Assembly (NCBI GenBank): GCA_963756875.1
Contig: CAVWPA010000003.1
Span: 960,001 to 1,024,000 of the forward strand
Direction of reading: 5' to 3'
DNA: 64,000 nt
Source of the DNA: an uncultured Verrucomicrobiae bacterium
GTDB lineage: Bacteria > Verrucomicrobiota > Verrucomicrobiia > Chthoniobacterales > UBA10450
The notes under the pieces are model-generated. The model was not told the DNA's origin and did no database searches. It saw only the letters and a list, made by a program, of their open reading frames with translations. The position numbers and the translations under genes were made by a program. Positions 1-9,806 of this stretch are shown piece after piece. The stretch's first letter is position 1; the number at the start of each line of letters is the position of its first letter.

Positions 1-2
1 AC

Positions 3-377
3 GATTCCGGTTTTGCCGGAAAAGAAGTCGAACGCGAGACGCTCAACACAATCGTTCACCTGCGCGTTCGCGAAATCCTCGAGCTCCTGAAGCGGCAGCT
101 CGAGGAGGAATCGTTCATTAACTATATCGGGGCGGGCATTTTCATCACTGGCGGGTGCAGCCTGCTCAATGGCATTCAACATCTCGCTCAGGAAGTTTTT
201 GAAATGCCGGCCCACGTCGCGCATGCCCAGACCATGTCCGGGCTGACCAGCGCCTTTGAGAATCCTCAGTTTTCAACCGCGATTGGCCTTATCAAATACG
301 CGCAGGCGGTCCAGGCGGACCGGCCACGACGAGGGCTGGGCCGGTTATTCGGCAGATTTTTTAGCGGCATGCGATGA
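3..377 (+). CDS. ftsA: Cell division protein FtsA, C-terminal part (5' end outside window)
   Basis: Frame from nt 3 reads ...IVHLRVREILELLK...GIFITGGCSLL...NPQFSTAIGLIKY...GLGRLFGRFFSGMR* (amphipathic tail). It lies directly upstream of ftsZ. Confidence 0.93.
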   Translation, partial: DSGFAGKEVERETLNTIVHLRVREILELLKRQLEEESFINYIGAGIFITGGCSLLNGIQHLAQEVFEMPAHVAHAQTMSGLTSAFENPQFSTAIGLIKYAQAVQADRPRRGLGRLFGRFFSGMR

Positions 378-426
378 CAAAAAGCGGCCGCGATGACAGG
401 AACCAACATCGACAAGGAAGTGATAA

Positions 427-1884
427 ATGATTCAGCTTAGTCACAACTACACTTTGCCGGAACGCCACGAAGAAAATATTCCCATCAAAGTCGTCGGCGT
501 TGGCGGCGCGGGAATTAACGCGCTGGATCGGGTCGTGCTGGACGGTATGGACAAGGGGGACCTCATCGCCATCAACACCGATGTGCAGTCGCTCGCCAGC
601 TCGGTCGCGGCGCGCAAGGTGCAGCTTGGGCGTTCCATTAGCCGCGGTCTCGGCGCGGGCGGCGACCCCGAATTGGGCTACCAGGCCGCTCTGGAGTCGG
701 CCGAGGAGATCCGGCAGGCTTTGACCGGTGCGCGCATGATTTTTATCTGCGTCGGACTCGGAGGAGGCACCGGTTCGGGCGCCGCATCCGTGGTCGCGCA
801 GCTCGCCCGCGAGCATGGCGGCCTGGTCATCGCATTCGCCACACTTCCTTTTTCGTTCGAGGGCAAACGTCGGGCCGCTCAGGCGCAGGAGGCGCTCGCG
901 CGACTGAACGAAGTTGCAAACGCGGTCATTTGTTTTGAAAACGATCGCATGGGCGACATGGTTGCGCCGAAAGCAGGGATCCATCAGGCGTTTGCCGTCG
1001 CCGACATGACGATCAGCCAAAGCGTGCGCTCAATCGTCAATTTGATCCAGCGGCCGGGCCTGATCCGAGTCGGGTTCGACGATTTGCTCGCAACATTGCG
1101 CGGCCATTCCGGGCGTTGCGTGTTTGGTTTCGGCGAATCCGATTCGGATAATCGCGCCCACGACGCGCTGAAACAGGCGCTGAAGAATCCTTTGATGGAT
1201 AAAGGGAAAATGCTGGGAGAGGCGGCAAATGTTCTTGTTCAGGTGGCCGGCGGCCCTGGCATGACATTGTCCGAAGTCGAGATCCTGATGCAGGAACTGG
1301 GACGCCACGTCCGCGATCACACTCAGATTCTTTTTGGAACAGCCGTCGATGGACGGATGGGAAATCGCCTTAGCGTCACAATCATCAGCTCGCTCGGTGA
1401 GGAGGGCGAAATCCTCGCGGAAGCGGCTTCTTCGGTGGCGAGCGAGCCGTTTTTGCCGCCGCCTCCGCCGATTTCGGAGGAACCTCAGGAAATCTCGCCG
1501 CCCGAGGTCAAGCTCGCATCTGATAGCTCCGGCGAGACCGGCTCCTCCAATGGCGGGCCGGAGCCTGCAAACGTCGAAACGATTCCAATTTCGGAGGATT
1601 TGATTCCGCCAGACGAGCCAGCACCTATTGAATCGGCGCCTCCGAAACCAAAACAGGAGATGAAAAAGCCTGTTCCGGCGGCCCGGCTGATTCCGCCGAA
1701 GAAAAGGCCGCTCCCGATAAAGGAGCCGAAACCGCCGGCAGAAAAATATGTGCAGGCCAAACAGGAGATCCTCCAATTTGAGCCGGTTACTCGGGGCCGC
1801 TTTGAAAAAAGCGAACCGACCATCGTCGAAGGTCAGGATCTTGATATCCCGACTTTCTTGCGGAAGAACATCAAGGTGAAGTAA
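427..1884 (+). CDS. ftsZ: Cell division protein FtsZ
   Basis: IKVVGVGGAG, NTD, GLGAGGDP and GGGTGSG tubulin signature, Pro-rich linker, C-terminal DLDIPTFLRK. Confidence 0.97.
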   Translation: MIQLSHNYTLPERHEENIPIKVVGVGGAGINALDRVVLDGMDKGDLIAINTDVQSLASSVAARKVQLGRSISRGLGAGGDPELGYQAALESAEEIRQALTGARMIFICVGLGGGTGSGAASVVAQLAREHGGLVIAFATLPFSFEGKRRAAQAQEALARLNEVANAVICFENDRMGDMVAPKAGIHQAFAVADMTISQSVRSIVNLIQRPGLIRVGFDDLLATLRGHSGRCVFGFGESDSDNRAHDALKQALKNPLMDKGKMLGEAANVLVQVAGGPGMTLSEVEILMQELGRHVRDHTQILFGTAVDGRMGNRLSVTIISSLGEEGEILAEAASSVASEPFLPPPPPISEEPQEISPPEVKLASDSSGETGSSNGGPEPANVETIPISEDLIPPDEPAPIESAPPKPKQEMKKPVPAARLIPPKKRPLPIKEPKPPAEKYVQAKQEILQFEPVTRGRFEKSEPTIVEGQDLDIPTFLRKNIKVK

Positions 1885-2031
1885 AGAGGCGTCGACCCCG
1901 CGGCGACGTTCTCGACGAGTCTTACTCAAGATCCTGAGCTTCAGCGATTTAGGCGACAGCGTGTTCTCGGCATTGGATTACAAACCGCGCCGCATAACCC
2001 TTCTCTTTGGCATGTTTCATGATGTGTTGTT

Positions 2032-2499
2032 ATGGAAATTATGCGCCGCACCTCTGCGTTCACACTGGTTGAGATCATGATCGTTGTCGCGATCATTGCT
2101 TTGCTTGCTGCGATGGCCCTTCCATCGTTTCTCCGCGCCCGGGAGCGAGCGAAGGACGCCAAATTCATGAATGCGCTGCGGATCGCAACAGATGCCTTCC
2201 AGATGTATGCCATGGAGAACAACACCTATCCGGCCGATGCGAATCGCGCTGTCGTGCCGGCCGGGATGGCCTTGTATTTTGGACCGACCCTCGACTGGAC
2301 AAAGCCCACTCCAATTGGTGGCGATTGGGACTGGGACTATCACGTTTTTGGTTTCACTGCTGGCGTTTCCGTCATTGCCTCGCCGGTGGACGCGACACAA
2401 CTGACGGAGGTCGATGCAAAAATTGACGACGGCGACCTGTCCAGCGGCGCTTTCAAAAGCACAGCTGGAGACCGCTACACCTCTATCATTGAGCAATAG
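2032..2499 (+). CDS. Type IV pilin / pseudopilin (prepilin N-methylation domain)
   Basis: RRTSA|FTLVEIMIVVAIIALLAAMALP prepilin cleavage motif with Glu at +5. Confidence 0.9.
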   Translation: MEIMRRTSAFTLVEIMIVVAIIALLAAMALPSFLRARERAKDAKFMNALRIATDAFQMYAMENNTYPADANRAVVPAGMALYFGPTLDWTKPTPIGGDWDWDYHVFGFTAGVSVIASPVDATQLTEVDAKIDDGDLSSGAFKSTAGDRYTSIIEQ

Positions 2500-2511
2500 G
2501 CGCAGAGCAGC

Positions 2512-3864
2512 CTATCCCTGTTTCTTCAACAGCTCGAGCACTGCGCTCGTCATTCCGACAATGCCAATGCGGATAGTCGGTTCAGGCACGGGAGCAAATT
2601 TGCTCGAATGCAGACTGGGCAACTCTTTCCCCTCTTTTTTAAACCTGGCAATTTTTGCCGGATCGACTGCACCCAGCCAGAAGTCGCACGCCGGAATGGA
2701 ATGGTCGGGCAAACTGTATTCGGAAAAATCTTCGGCAGCCATCGTCGGCTGGGTTGCTTCCACGTTGTCCGGGCCGAGTTGCTTTTTCCACACGCCCACC
2801 AGCCGCTTTGTTAACTCCGGGTTGTTATAGGTAGCGGGCGTAAACTCCTCTTTCAACTCATTGACGATCGGTGCGAGGTCGGGGGGGATTCCCGCCGCCA
2901 CCGCGCAACCTTTCGCGATCCGATCGATCGCCGCCAGCACACGATCGCGCACATCCGGTTTGTAAGTGCGTACCGTGAGCTGCATTTTAACCTCGTCGGG
3001 GATAATATTGCGCTTGGTCCCGCCTTGAATCGATCCCACCGTTACCACGATTGGATCGACCGGATTAATCTCACGACTGGCGATGGTTTGCAGTGTGTTG
3101 ATGATTTCGGCCGAGAGGACAATCGGATCCTTCGTCTTATGCGGATAGGCGCCGTGGCCCCCGATTCCGCGCACCGTGATGTCGACGGAGTCGACGCTTG
3201 CGTAAGTGTAACCTTGGCAGACGCCGATGTGGCCGGTGGGCATTTGCGCGTTGTCATGATATCCCAGCGCGAAGTTGGGTTTGCCGAACCGATTGTAAAG
3301 GCCGCCCTTGAGCAGGGCACGCGCGCCGCCGACAGTCTCTTCCGCCGGTTGCGCGACAAACATAACGGTGCCCTGCCATTGGTCTTTCAGGCGCTGTAAC
3401 GCCCGCGCGGTTCCGATAAACGCGGCCATGTGTGCGTCGTGCCCGCATGCGTGCATGACATGCACTTCTTTCCGTTCGTCATTCTTCGTCACTACTGTGC
3501 TGGCGTAAGGCAGCCCGGTTTCTTCCTCTACCGGCAGCGCATCCATGTCGGTGCGCACGAGCACGGTCGGGCCGTCGCCGTTCTTCATGATCCCGATCAC
3601 GCCATAACATTTGAGCTTCGGATTGTCGTACTTGCCGAAATTCTCGGTTACGTCGCAGCCGACCGCGCGCAATTCCTTCGCAATCAGCGCCGAAGTCCGC
3701 TGTTCGTGTGCGGACAATTCAGGGTGGCTGTGGATGTCTTTGTAGATCGCCAGCAGCGAGGGAAGTTCACTGTCAGCAGTGTTTTCAACCGCTGATTGCT
3801 GCGCGACGGCCGGCGCCGCGCAGAAGATCGAAAACCAAAGGATCGACAAGAGGCAGGTTCTCAT
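2512..3864 (-). CDS. Secreted M20 family amidohydrolase (hippurate hydrolase-like)
   Basis: Signal peptide, HPELS, RTDMDALP, MHACGHD, QPAEE, GGHGAYPH. Confidence 0.92.
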   Translation of the reverse strand: MRTCLLSILWFSIFCAAPAVAQQSAVENTADSELPSLLAIYKDIHSHPELSAHEQRTSALIAKELRAVGCDVTENFGKYDNPKLKCYGVIGIMKNGDGPTVLVRTDMDALPVEEETGLPYASTVVTKNDERKEVHVMHACGHDAHMAAFIGTARALQRLKDQWQGTVMFVAQPAEETVGGARALLKGGLYNRFGKPNFALGYHDNAQMPTGHIGVCQGYTYASVDSVDITVRGIGGHGAYPHKTKDPIVLSAEIINTLQTIASREINPVDPIVVTVGSIQGGTKRNIIPDEVKMQLTVRTYKPDVRDRVLAAIDRIAKGCAVAAGIPPDLAPIVNELKEEFTPATYNNPELTKRLVGVWKKQLGPDNVEATQPTMAAEDFSEYSLPDHSIPACDFWLGAVDPAKIARFKKEGKELPSLHSSKFAPVPEPTIRIGIVGMTSAVLELLKKQG

Positions 3865-3994
3865 TCGCTAGTTATAACAGATAGTTTCGTGAAGCGCACG
3901 TGCGCTACCACATCATTTATCACTTCTCGCAAAGTCGCTCGCGCGCGTTGTCGCACCGCGGTTGAAATGCGAAGATCAGGAGGATCCTGTTACC

Positions 3995-6262
3995 GTGGAA
4001 TTCGAAAAAAATACCATTCTTTTTGGCGCTGATGCCACGGCGTGCATTGTCGCAGTTGAACTCGGCGAGACGGGCACCGTGAAGGTTCATCGCCGCGAAG
4101 AGGATGGATCGACCATTGCCGAGGTTGAGCCGTTTCATCCATTTGTCTGGGTCGATTCCGATGCGGCCGATCTTGGCTATGAAAATGCGCAAAAACTCGA
4201 AGGCGATCTGAGATATGACTGGTTGATTACCGTTGATAGCTGGAAGGAACTGATCGCGCTGCGCAATGGACTAAAGAAAGCCGGTCGCGCTTTTTTTGCC
4301 TTCTCCGATCCAATCCAGCATTATCTCACCGCAACTGGGCGGACGTTGTTCAAAGGCCTGCCGTTCGAAAAGCTCAAGCGAATGCAGCTTGAGGTGCTTT
4401 CGCGTGAACCCGGGACCATCGGTCCCGATGACGCCGACCATCTTATGGGGATCGCGCTTTCCGATAATACGGGCTGGGAGGAGCTGATCCGCGTCGATCT
4501 CAAAAATGTCGAAGAATCGGAGCACGCGGCGATCAAGCGGCTGACGAGTCTTATCAAGGAGCGCGACCCGGACGTGATCGAGGGGCACAATTTGTTTCGG
4601 TCTACTCTGCCATATCTGGTTTTGCGCGCCAAAAGGTTGAAAACAAAGCTCGATTGGGGACGAAGCGGAGGTTTCCTGCGATCGCGCCCTTCGCGGCTGC
4701 AAATTGCCGAAAAGACCATTGATTATCCGAAGTTCGCGATCGACGGGCGCCACTTCGTCGACACGTTTCTGCTCGCGCAATTTTACGATATCGGCATGCG
4801 TTCGCTTGCCGGCTTCGAGCGGATCGATGTCGCGCGTCATTTTGGGTTTTGCGAGAGCGAAGAGCTTTCCATGCTTGCGGGCAAGGAATTAGAGCGGGCC
4901 TACAGGAGTGGGGACGATCGCTTTTGCAAGCGTGCGCTGTGCGCGGCGCGCGAAACCCGGGCCATCGCGGATCTGCTCAGTCCAAGCTACTTCATCCAGG
5001 CGCAGATTTTCCCGTACAATTACCAGGACGTGATCGTTCGCGGCAACGCCACGCGTATTAATGCTCTCTTTCTGCGGGAATACTTTCGGCAACGGCATTC
5101 GATCCCTGAGATGCCGATGGTGCGCGCGTTCGAAGGTGGTTATACAGACATATTCTTTACCGGCGTCGCGCACAACGTCTGGCATTGCGACGTCGCCTCT
5201 CTTTATCCGTCGATTATGCTGCAGTTCGATTGTTTTCCCGCAACCGACCAGCTGCAAATCTTCCGGCATTTGCTTACCGATCTCCGCACGTTTCGATTGG
5301 AAACAAAGAACGAAATGCGGAATGCGGAGAAGGAAAGCAACCAGTGGCATCATCTCCAGGCGCTGCAGAACACATTCAAGATCCTGATCAACAGCTTCTA
5401 CGGCTATCTTGGCTTCGCTCAGGGACATTTCGCCGATTTCGATGCGGCCGCCCGCGTCACGCAAATCGGACGGGAATTGTTGAAGAAGATGATCGACTGG
5501 CTCGATGCCGAGGGCGCGAGGGTAATTGAGGTCGATACCGACGGAATTTATTTTGTCCCACCTTCTTCGGCGTCTTCTGTAAAGGCAGGCGTGTCGCCTG
5601 CAAAGACCCAAACCAAAGCAGCCGACACGGCTGCCGCTACAGCAGAGGAGATCGACGCGTTGCATGCGGGCCTGGCGAGGGAATTGCCGCCCGGGATCGA
5701 GGTCGAATTTGATGAGCAATTCGAGGCGATGTTCAGCTACAAGGCGAAAAATTACGCTCTCCTGACGAAAGATGGCGAAGTCGTCATTAAAGGCGGCGCA
5801 CTAAAATCGCGTGGACTGGAGAAGTTCCAGCGCGTTTTTCTTGAGGAGATGATCAAGCTGATTATGGAAGGCAAACCCGGCGCAATTGCCGATCTACGGG
5901 ACCGGTTCGACCAAAAAATCCGCGGCCGCGAATGGAGCATCGACATGTTGATGAAGACCGACACGCTGCAGGATTCGCTGGAGAAGTATCGCGCGAAAAT
6001 TGCCGGTTCGGCTCGAAACCGCGCGGCGGCTTATGAACTAGCGCTTGCTAGCGGCCGCGATTACAAGCCCGGGGATCAGGTGAGTTATTACATCAAGGCG
6101 ACGCCAAAAAAGGTGGCGGCGTACGAGGCCGCCAAACTCGCGGGAGAGTTCGATCCGCAAAATCGCGACGAAAATATCGATTATTACGTCGCCAAGCTGG
6201 ATGAACTCGTAAAAAAATTCGCGTCGACGATTCCCACAGATACCCAGGCGGAACTGTTATAG
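3995..6262 (+). CDS. polB: Family B DNA polymerase (Pol II-like) with degenerate 3'-5' exonuclease motifs
   Basis: Motif A DVASLYPS, motif B KILINSFYG, motif C DTDG. GTG start follows GGAGG. C-terminal QAELL resembles a clamp-binding motif. Confidence 0.88.
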   Translation: MEFEKNTILFGADATACIVAVELGETGTVKVHRREEDGSTIAEVEPFHPFVWVDSDAADLGYENAQKLEGDLRYDWLITVDSWKELIALRNGLKKAGRAFFAFSDPIQHYLTATGRTLFKGLPFEKLKRMQLEVLSREPGTIGPDDADHLMGIALSDNTGWEELIRVDLKNVEESEHAAIKRLTSLIKERDPDVIEGHNLFRSTLPYLVLRAKRLKTKLDWGRSGGFLRSRPSRLQIAEKTIDYPKFAIDGRHFVDTFLLAQFYDIGMRSLAGFERIDVARHFGFCESEELSMLAGKELERAYRSGDDRFCKRALCAARETRAIADLLSPSYFIQAQIFPYNYQDVIVRGNATRINALFLREYFRQRHSIPEMPMVRAFEGGYTDIFFTGVAHNVWHCDVASLYPSIMLQFDCFPATDQLQIFRHLLTDLRTFRLETKNEMRNAEKESNQWHHLQALQNTFKILINSFYGYLGFAQGHFADFDAAARVTQIGRELLKKMIDWLDAEGARVIEVDTDGIYFVPPSSASSVKAGVSPAKTQTKAADTAAATAEEIDALHAGLARELPPGIEVEFDEQFEAMFSYKAKNYALLTKDGEVVIKGGALKSRGLEKFQRVFLEEMIKLIMEGKPGAIADLRDRFDQKIRGREWSIDMLMKTDTLQDSLEKYRAKIAGSARNRAAAYELALASGRDYKPGDQVSYYIKATPKKVAAYEAAKLAGEFDPQNRDENIDYYVAKLDELVKKFASTIPTDTQAELL
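5578..5641. repeat. REP-like double hairpin inserted in-frame in polB
   Basis: TGTAAAGGCAGGCGTGTCGCCTGC-spacer-GCAGCCGACACGGCTGCCGCTACA has the same TGTA(G)...CTACA architecture as the intergenic copies. Confidence 0.8.
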
Positions 6263-6302
6263 CGATTATGCGGACGTGTTCTCTTGGCTCCTACGGCGTG
6301 CG

Positions 6303-7643
6303 TTAGGCGGGTTCTGGGCCGGCGACGCCACCGAGCAATGCCGTTTCTTCATCGCGACGGACCTGTGCGAGAACCCGTTGTTTGCGACCTAACCAGAGGC
6401 TGAGCGCGCACCAGATCGCCGCCAGCGGCGCGGCCACGAATGAGATCCCGGTCAGCCCGAGACCGAACCACTGCAGCAACGGATACGACCAGGCGCCGAT
6501 CTGATCGCCTGTGCGATACACAAACGTGTCGATGAAACTCTTGGCCTTGTACTTATCCTCACGGCGCAACACCGTGAAGAGGACTTCGCGCGCGGGGCGC
6601 GTAATCGCGAAATTCCCGGCGCGGCGGAGGATCTGGAACGCGGCGAGAAACCCCAGCACCGGCACGAAACCCATGCCGAGGAATCCCAGCACGCTGAGCA
6701 AAGGTAAAAACGCGAGCGTGACGCCAACGCCGAACCATTTCAACAGACGGCCGGTAATAAGCAATTGCGCGATAATCGTGAGCGTGTTCACCGAAAGGTC
6801 GAGTTGGGCGAAAAACGCAGTCCGCGAGGCGCGATCGTGAAAATGATGGCCCGTGATGTCGGCCTGCTGAAAATAAACAAGCGTCGAGGTGATGGCGTGA
6901 AACAACATGAACGCGCAAATCCCCAGCAGGTAAGGCGAACGAACGATGTGCGAGACCCCGGCAAGAATTCCGCCCCCGATCGGTTTTTCCGCTCCTGGTT
7001 CCCGACGGTTTTCCGGGCGTTTCTGCGAACTGCCGGACTGTTTGAAATCGACCGGAAAGAATTTCACGCACCAGGGGCCGAGTTCCAGCATGGCGGCGGT
7101 GATCAGGATCAGGTTGGCTGAGCCTAGCTTGCGCACAAGCGAGGCCGTGATAATCGGACCGACGATCGCACCGACCGAACCACCGACACTGATAAATGCG
7201 AACAAGCGTTTGGCCTGCTCGCTATTAAAGACATCGGTCATGAACGCCCAGAAAAGGGTAACGACGAACAGATTGAAGACGCTGACCCAAACGTAGAAGG
7301 CCCGACCAACCCACACGTTTTCCGCCGGGGAAAGAGTGCGCATGAGAACGTAGAAAATCACGAGGTTCGCCATGAAAAAGCGATAGGCGATCGGGATGAA
7401 TTTTCGCCGGGACATGCGCGCGACGATTGCCGAGAAGAGCGCATTCGCGATCAACATCGCCGTCAACGTGCCGGTAAACATCCACGACAGACTTTTGATG
7501 CTGCCTGATGCAGCGATGTCGTCGCGGATGGGACGAATGACGTAATAGCTTCCGAGGATGACGAAATTAAAAACGCAGGCGAGACCGAGCGCGCGGATCT
7601 CTTCGGGTCGAACATCGACGATTTTGGCAAAAAGCTTTTTCAC
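6303..7643 (-). CDS. MFS transporter, NTP/NDP exchanger (TLC)-like
   Basis: About 12 TM segments, YYVIRPIRD, FWAFMTDVF...QAKRLFAFI, KYKAKSFIDTFVYRTGD. Confidence 0.8.
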   Translation of the reverse strand: MKKLFAKIVDVRPEEIRALGLACVFNFVILGSYYVIRPIRDDIAASGSIKSLSWMFTGTLTAMLIANALFSAIVARMSRRKFIPIAYRFFMANLVIFYVLMRTLSPAENVWVGRAFYVWVSVFNLFVVTLFWAFMTDVFNSEQAKRLFAFISVGGSVGAIVGPIITASLVRKLGSANLILITAAMLELGPWCVKFFPVDFKQSGSSQKRPENRREPGAEKPIGGGILAGVSHIVRSPYLLGICAFMLFHAITSTLVYFQQADITGHHFHDRASRTAFFAQLDLSVNTLTIIAQLLITGRLLKWFGVGVTLAFLPLLSVLGFLGMGFVPVLGFLAAFQILRRAGNFAITRPAREVLFTVLRREDKYKAKSFIDTFVYRTGDQIGAWSYPLLQWFGLGLTGISFVAAPLAAIWCALSLWLGRKQRVLAQVRRDEETALLGGVAGPEPA

Positions 7644-7645
7644 GT

Positions 7646-7703
7646 TGTAGCAACGGCGCTCTGTCGCCGTTAAGTAACGCCCCGGCAGAGCGGGGCGACT
7701 ACA
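7646..7703. repeat. REP-like doublet (TGTAG...CTACA) filling the intergenic space
   Basis: TGTAGCAACGGCGCTCTGTCGCCGTT...CGCCCCGGCAGAGCGGGGCGACTACA. It supplies the TAG stop of the upstream minus-strand gene. Confidence 0.8.
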
Positions 7704-8823
7704 TTTTCTTTTTCCACGCGGCGAGAACGTCGGCTTCGCGTTCCGGTGTGAGACCGGCGCGCAGCTTTAATTGCCGATCTTGTGGTTGGGATTTAAACCA
7801 GGCGAGCGTCTCTTGAGCCGTCTCTCCGAGCGGACGAAACGTCAGACCTTTTCCCAGCGCCCGGCTGATGCTCGTACGCGCCATCCCCAGTTCGTCGCCT
7901 GCCCACACCGGCATGTCGGACCACGCCTCGACCTTTTGCTGTTTCAGAAAATCGGCTGGCACCCAGACAAATTTTGAATCTGAATTCAGCGCGACTTTGA
8001 TTTCGCGCAACATTTCGCCGATCACGAGGGGCCTGGCCGGTCCGGTGGCATTGTAGATCCCGGTTTCCCGATTTTCGACCATGCGGATCGTCCACTCGGC
8101 AAGATCTCGCGCATCGATGAATTGCACCGGGTCGTCGGGAGTTCCGGGCGCGAGCACCTCGCCTCCACGATCGATGCGCACCGGCCAATACGTGAACCGG
8201 TCGGTCTCGTCGCGTGGGCCCACAATCAATCCGGGCCGAATAATCAGCGTCTTTCCGGGAAACCATTTCCCGGCCTCTTTCTCCGACATCGCTTTGAGCG
8301 GGCCGTAAGTTTTGAATCCCGACGCTTTCATTGCCGCGAGTGTTTCCTTGAAAGCATCCGGCCCATCATATTGCGCAAGGGGCGAATTCTCGTCGACGCC
8401 TTTGCTGGTATCGGCGTAAACGGAAATCGTGGAGATGAACACGTAGCGATCGACGTTGCCCTTCAAAATCTGCGCCGCGTCGCGCACCCAGGCCGGCAGG
8501 GTGGTGGGATTATCGATCGCGACGTCCCATCGCCGGTTTTTAAGAGCCTCGAGCTGGCCGTTGCGATCGCCGATCAACTGTTCGACTTCCTTCGGCAACT
8601 CGTGCGGATGGGTCTTACCGCGATTAAAGACCGTGACTTTGTGGCCGCGGCTTAGCGCGTAACGAACCTGAAATGGCCCGGTGAAACCTGTACCGCCGAG
8701 GATGAGGATGCGCATCGGTTTCACGGTTTTCTGTGCGAATAGACTTTTCGATTTTAAACCAAATGTCCCGCCCGCGGCGACGGCAGAGGATACCTTGATG
8801 AAGCGACGCCGGGTAATGTTCAT
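7699..8823 (-). CDS. Tat-exported NAD-dependent epimerase / isoflavone reductase-like SDR
   Basis: TRRRFIK twin-arginine signal, ILILGGTGFTG Rossmann motif, YGPLK catalytic motif. Confidence 0.88.
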   Translation of the reverse strand: MNITRRRFIKVSSAVAAGGTFGLKSKSLFAQKTVKPMRILILGGTGFTGPFQVRYALSRGHKVTVFNRGKTHPHELPKEVEQLIGDRNGQLEALKNRRWDVAIDNPTTLPAWVRDAAQILKGNVDRYVFISTISVYADTSKGVDENSPLAQYDGPDAFKETLAAMKASGFKTYGPLKAMSEKEAGKWFPGKTLIIRPGLIVGPRDETDRFTYWPVRIDRGGEVLAPGTPDDPVQFIDARDLAEWTIRMVENRETGIYNATGPARPLVIGEMLREIKVALNSDSKFVWVPADFLKQQKVEAWSDMPVWAGDELGMARTSISRALGKGLTFRPLGETAQETLAWFKSQPQDRQLKLRAGLTPEREADVLAAWKKKM

Positions 8824-8831
8824 TTTGTTCT

Positions 8832-8912
8832 TGTCATGTTGATCGCCATCGAGACATCTCTAATTGTTTTCGGATAACAGCAAGAGATTCCTCTACTTCA
8901 GTCGGAATGAGA
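8832..8912. repeat. TGTCAT...ATGA(C)A family palindromic repeat (degenerate copy)
   Basis: Ends and internal ATCTC/GAGAT arms resemble the copies at 20127-20244, 45387-45485 and the half copy at 32441-32454. Confidence 0.6.
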
Positions 8913-9055
8913 TCGTCGCAAACCCGGCGGTGACCAGCACAATTCCGGCGACCAACAATGTCCGCCATCTCCAGGATAATCTGGGAGCCGGCAAAGGACC
9001 CTTGCCGGACGAAAAAGCGCGGCAGCGAATGGTTGAATTTATTTCCGCTTTATAG
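8913..9055 (+). pseudogene. C-terminal remnant of an aldo/keto reductase
   Basis: IVANPAVTSTIPATNNVRHLQDNLGAGKGPLPDEKARQRM matches the AKR C-terminal IPxT...HL.DN pattern. The 5' part is absent. Confidence 0.7.
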
Positions 9056-9203
9056 GCCAGGCGCCGCGACTAAAGACCGTATTTGGAAGGCGCTCGCATG
9101 TGATGTTTAGACTTTTTGTGCTCTTCGCGGAGTTAAAAAAATCCGGGATTTTCGAAAAAACCAGTTGCGAAGGCAGCCGTCCTGCTTGATAAGTCGCGAC
9201 TTT

Positions 9204-9755
9204 ATGAGGAATCACCCCCATGCTTCCATCGGTGTTGCTGCTTCGATCCTGTTTGTTGCCAGCGCAATTCAAATCCATGCCGCTTCGTCAAAGTCGATCT
9301 TTGTATTCAAAGACCGACGGGGAAGGGCGCAGTCGGCAGAGGTTATAACAAAATATCAGCCGCGGAAGCTCCTTCACCCGTTCGCGAAGATCGACCCGAA
9401 GATCGACCCGAAGTTGCGTCGCGCAGCCACGATCGCCCAGGAACGCGCGCACGCGCATTCGCGTTCGCAATGCTGGCGCGCGGTGAAAGAGGCGCTGGTC
9501 GCTTCGGGAGTGATCCGTTCGTATCCGAAAACGGTTTACGCAAAGCAGGCCGGGCAAGAGCTCGTGCACAATTACGGATTCAGGAGATTGGCGGTGCATG
9601 ATCCGTTCAAGGCCCCGGTCGGTGCGGTCATCGTTTACGGGGCAAGCCGTGCAGCAGGTCACGTAGAGATCCGGACGAGAGACGGATTCGTGAGCGATTT
9701 CCGCTCAAAGACGCCTTCGCCGCGGCCCTTGCTCGGCGTTTACGCAAAATCGTAA
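9204..9755 (+). CDS. Secreted Cys-His (CHAP/NlpC-P60-like) putative peptidoglycan hydrolase, paralog 1
   Basis: Signal peptide, SQCWRAVKEAL, GAVIVYG...GHVEIRT...FVSDF. Confidence 0.6.
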   Translation: MRNHPHASIGVAASILFVASAIQIHAASSKSIFVFKDRRGRAQSAEVITKYQPRKLLHPFAKIDPKIDPKLRRAATIAQERAHAHSRSQCWRAVKEALVASGVIRSYPKTVYAKQAGQELVHNYGFRRLAVHDPFKAPVGAVIVYGASRAAGHVEIRTRDGFVSDFRSKTPSPRPLLGVYAKS

Positions 9756-9806
9756 ACGCAAAAGAGACTTGTCAGACTGGCACAGTCTCTGCGATAAAAA
9801 GCAGGC

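Noticed and set aside
1400..1760. Pro/Glu-rich FtsZ segment as an insertion
   Set aside because: This is the ordinary disordered FtsZ linker.
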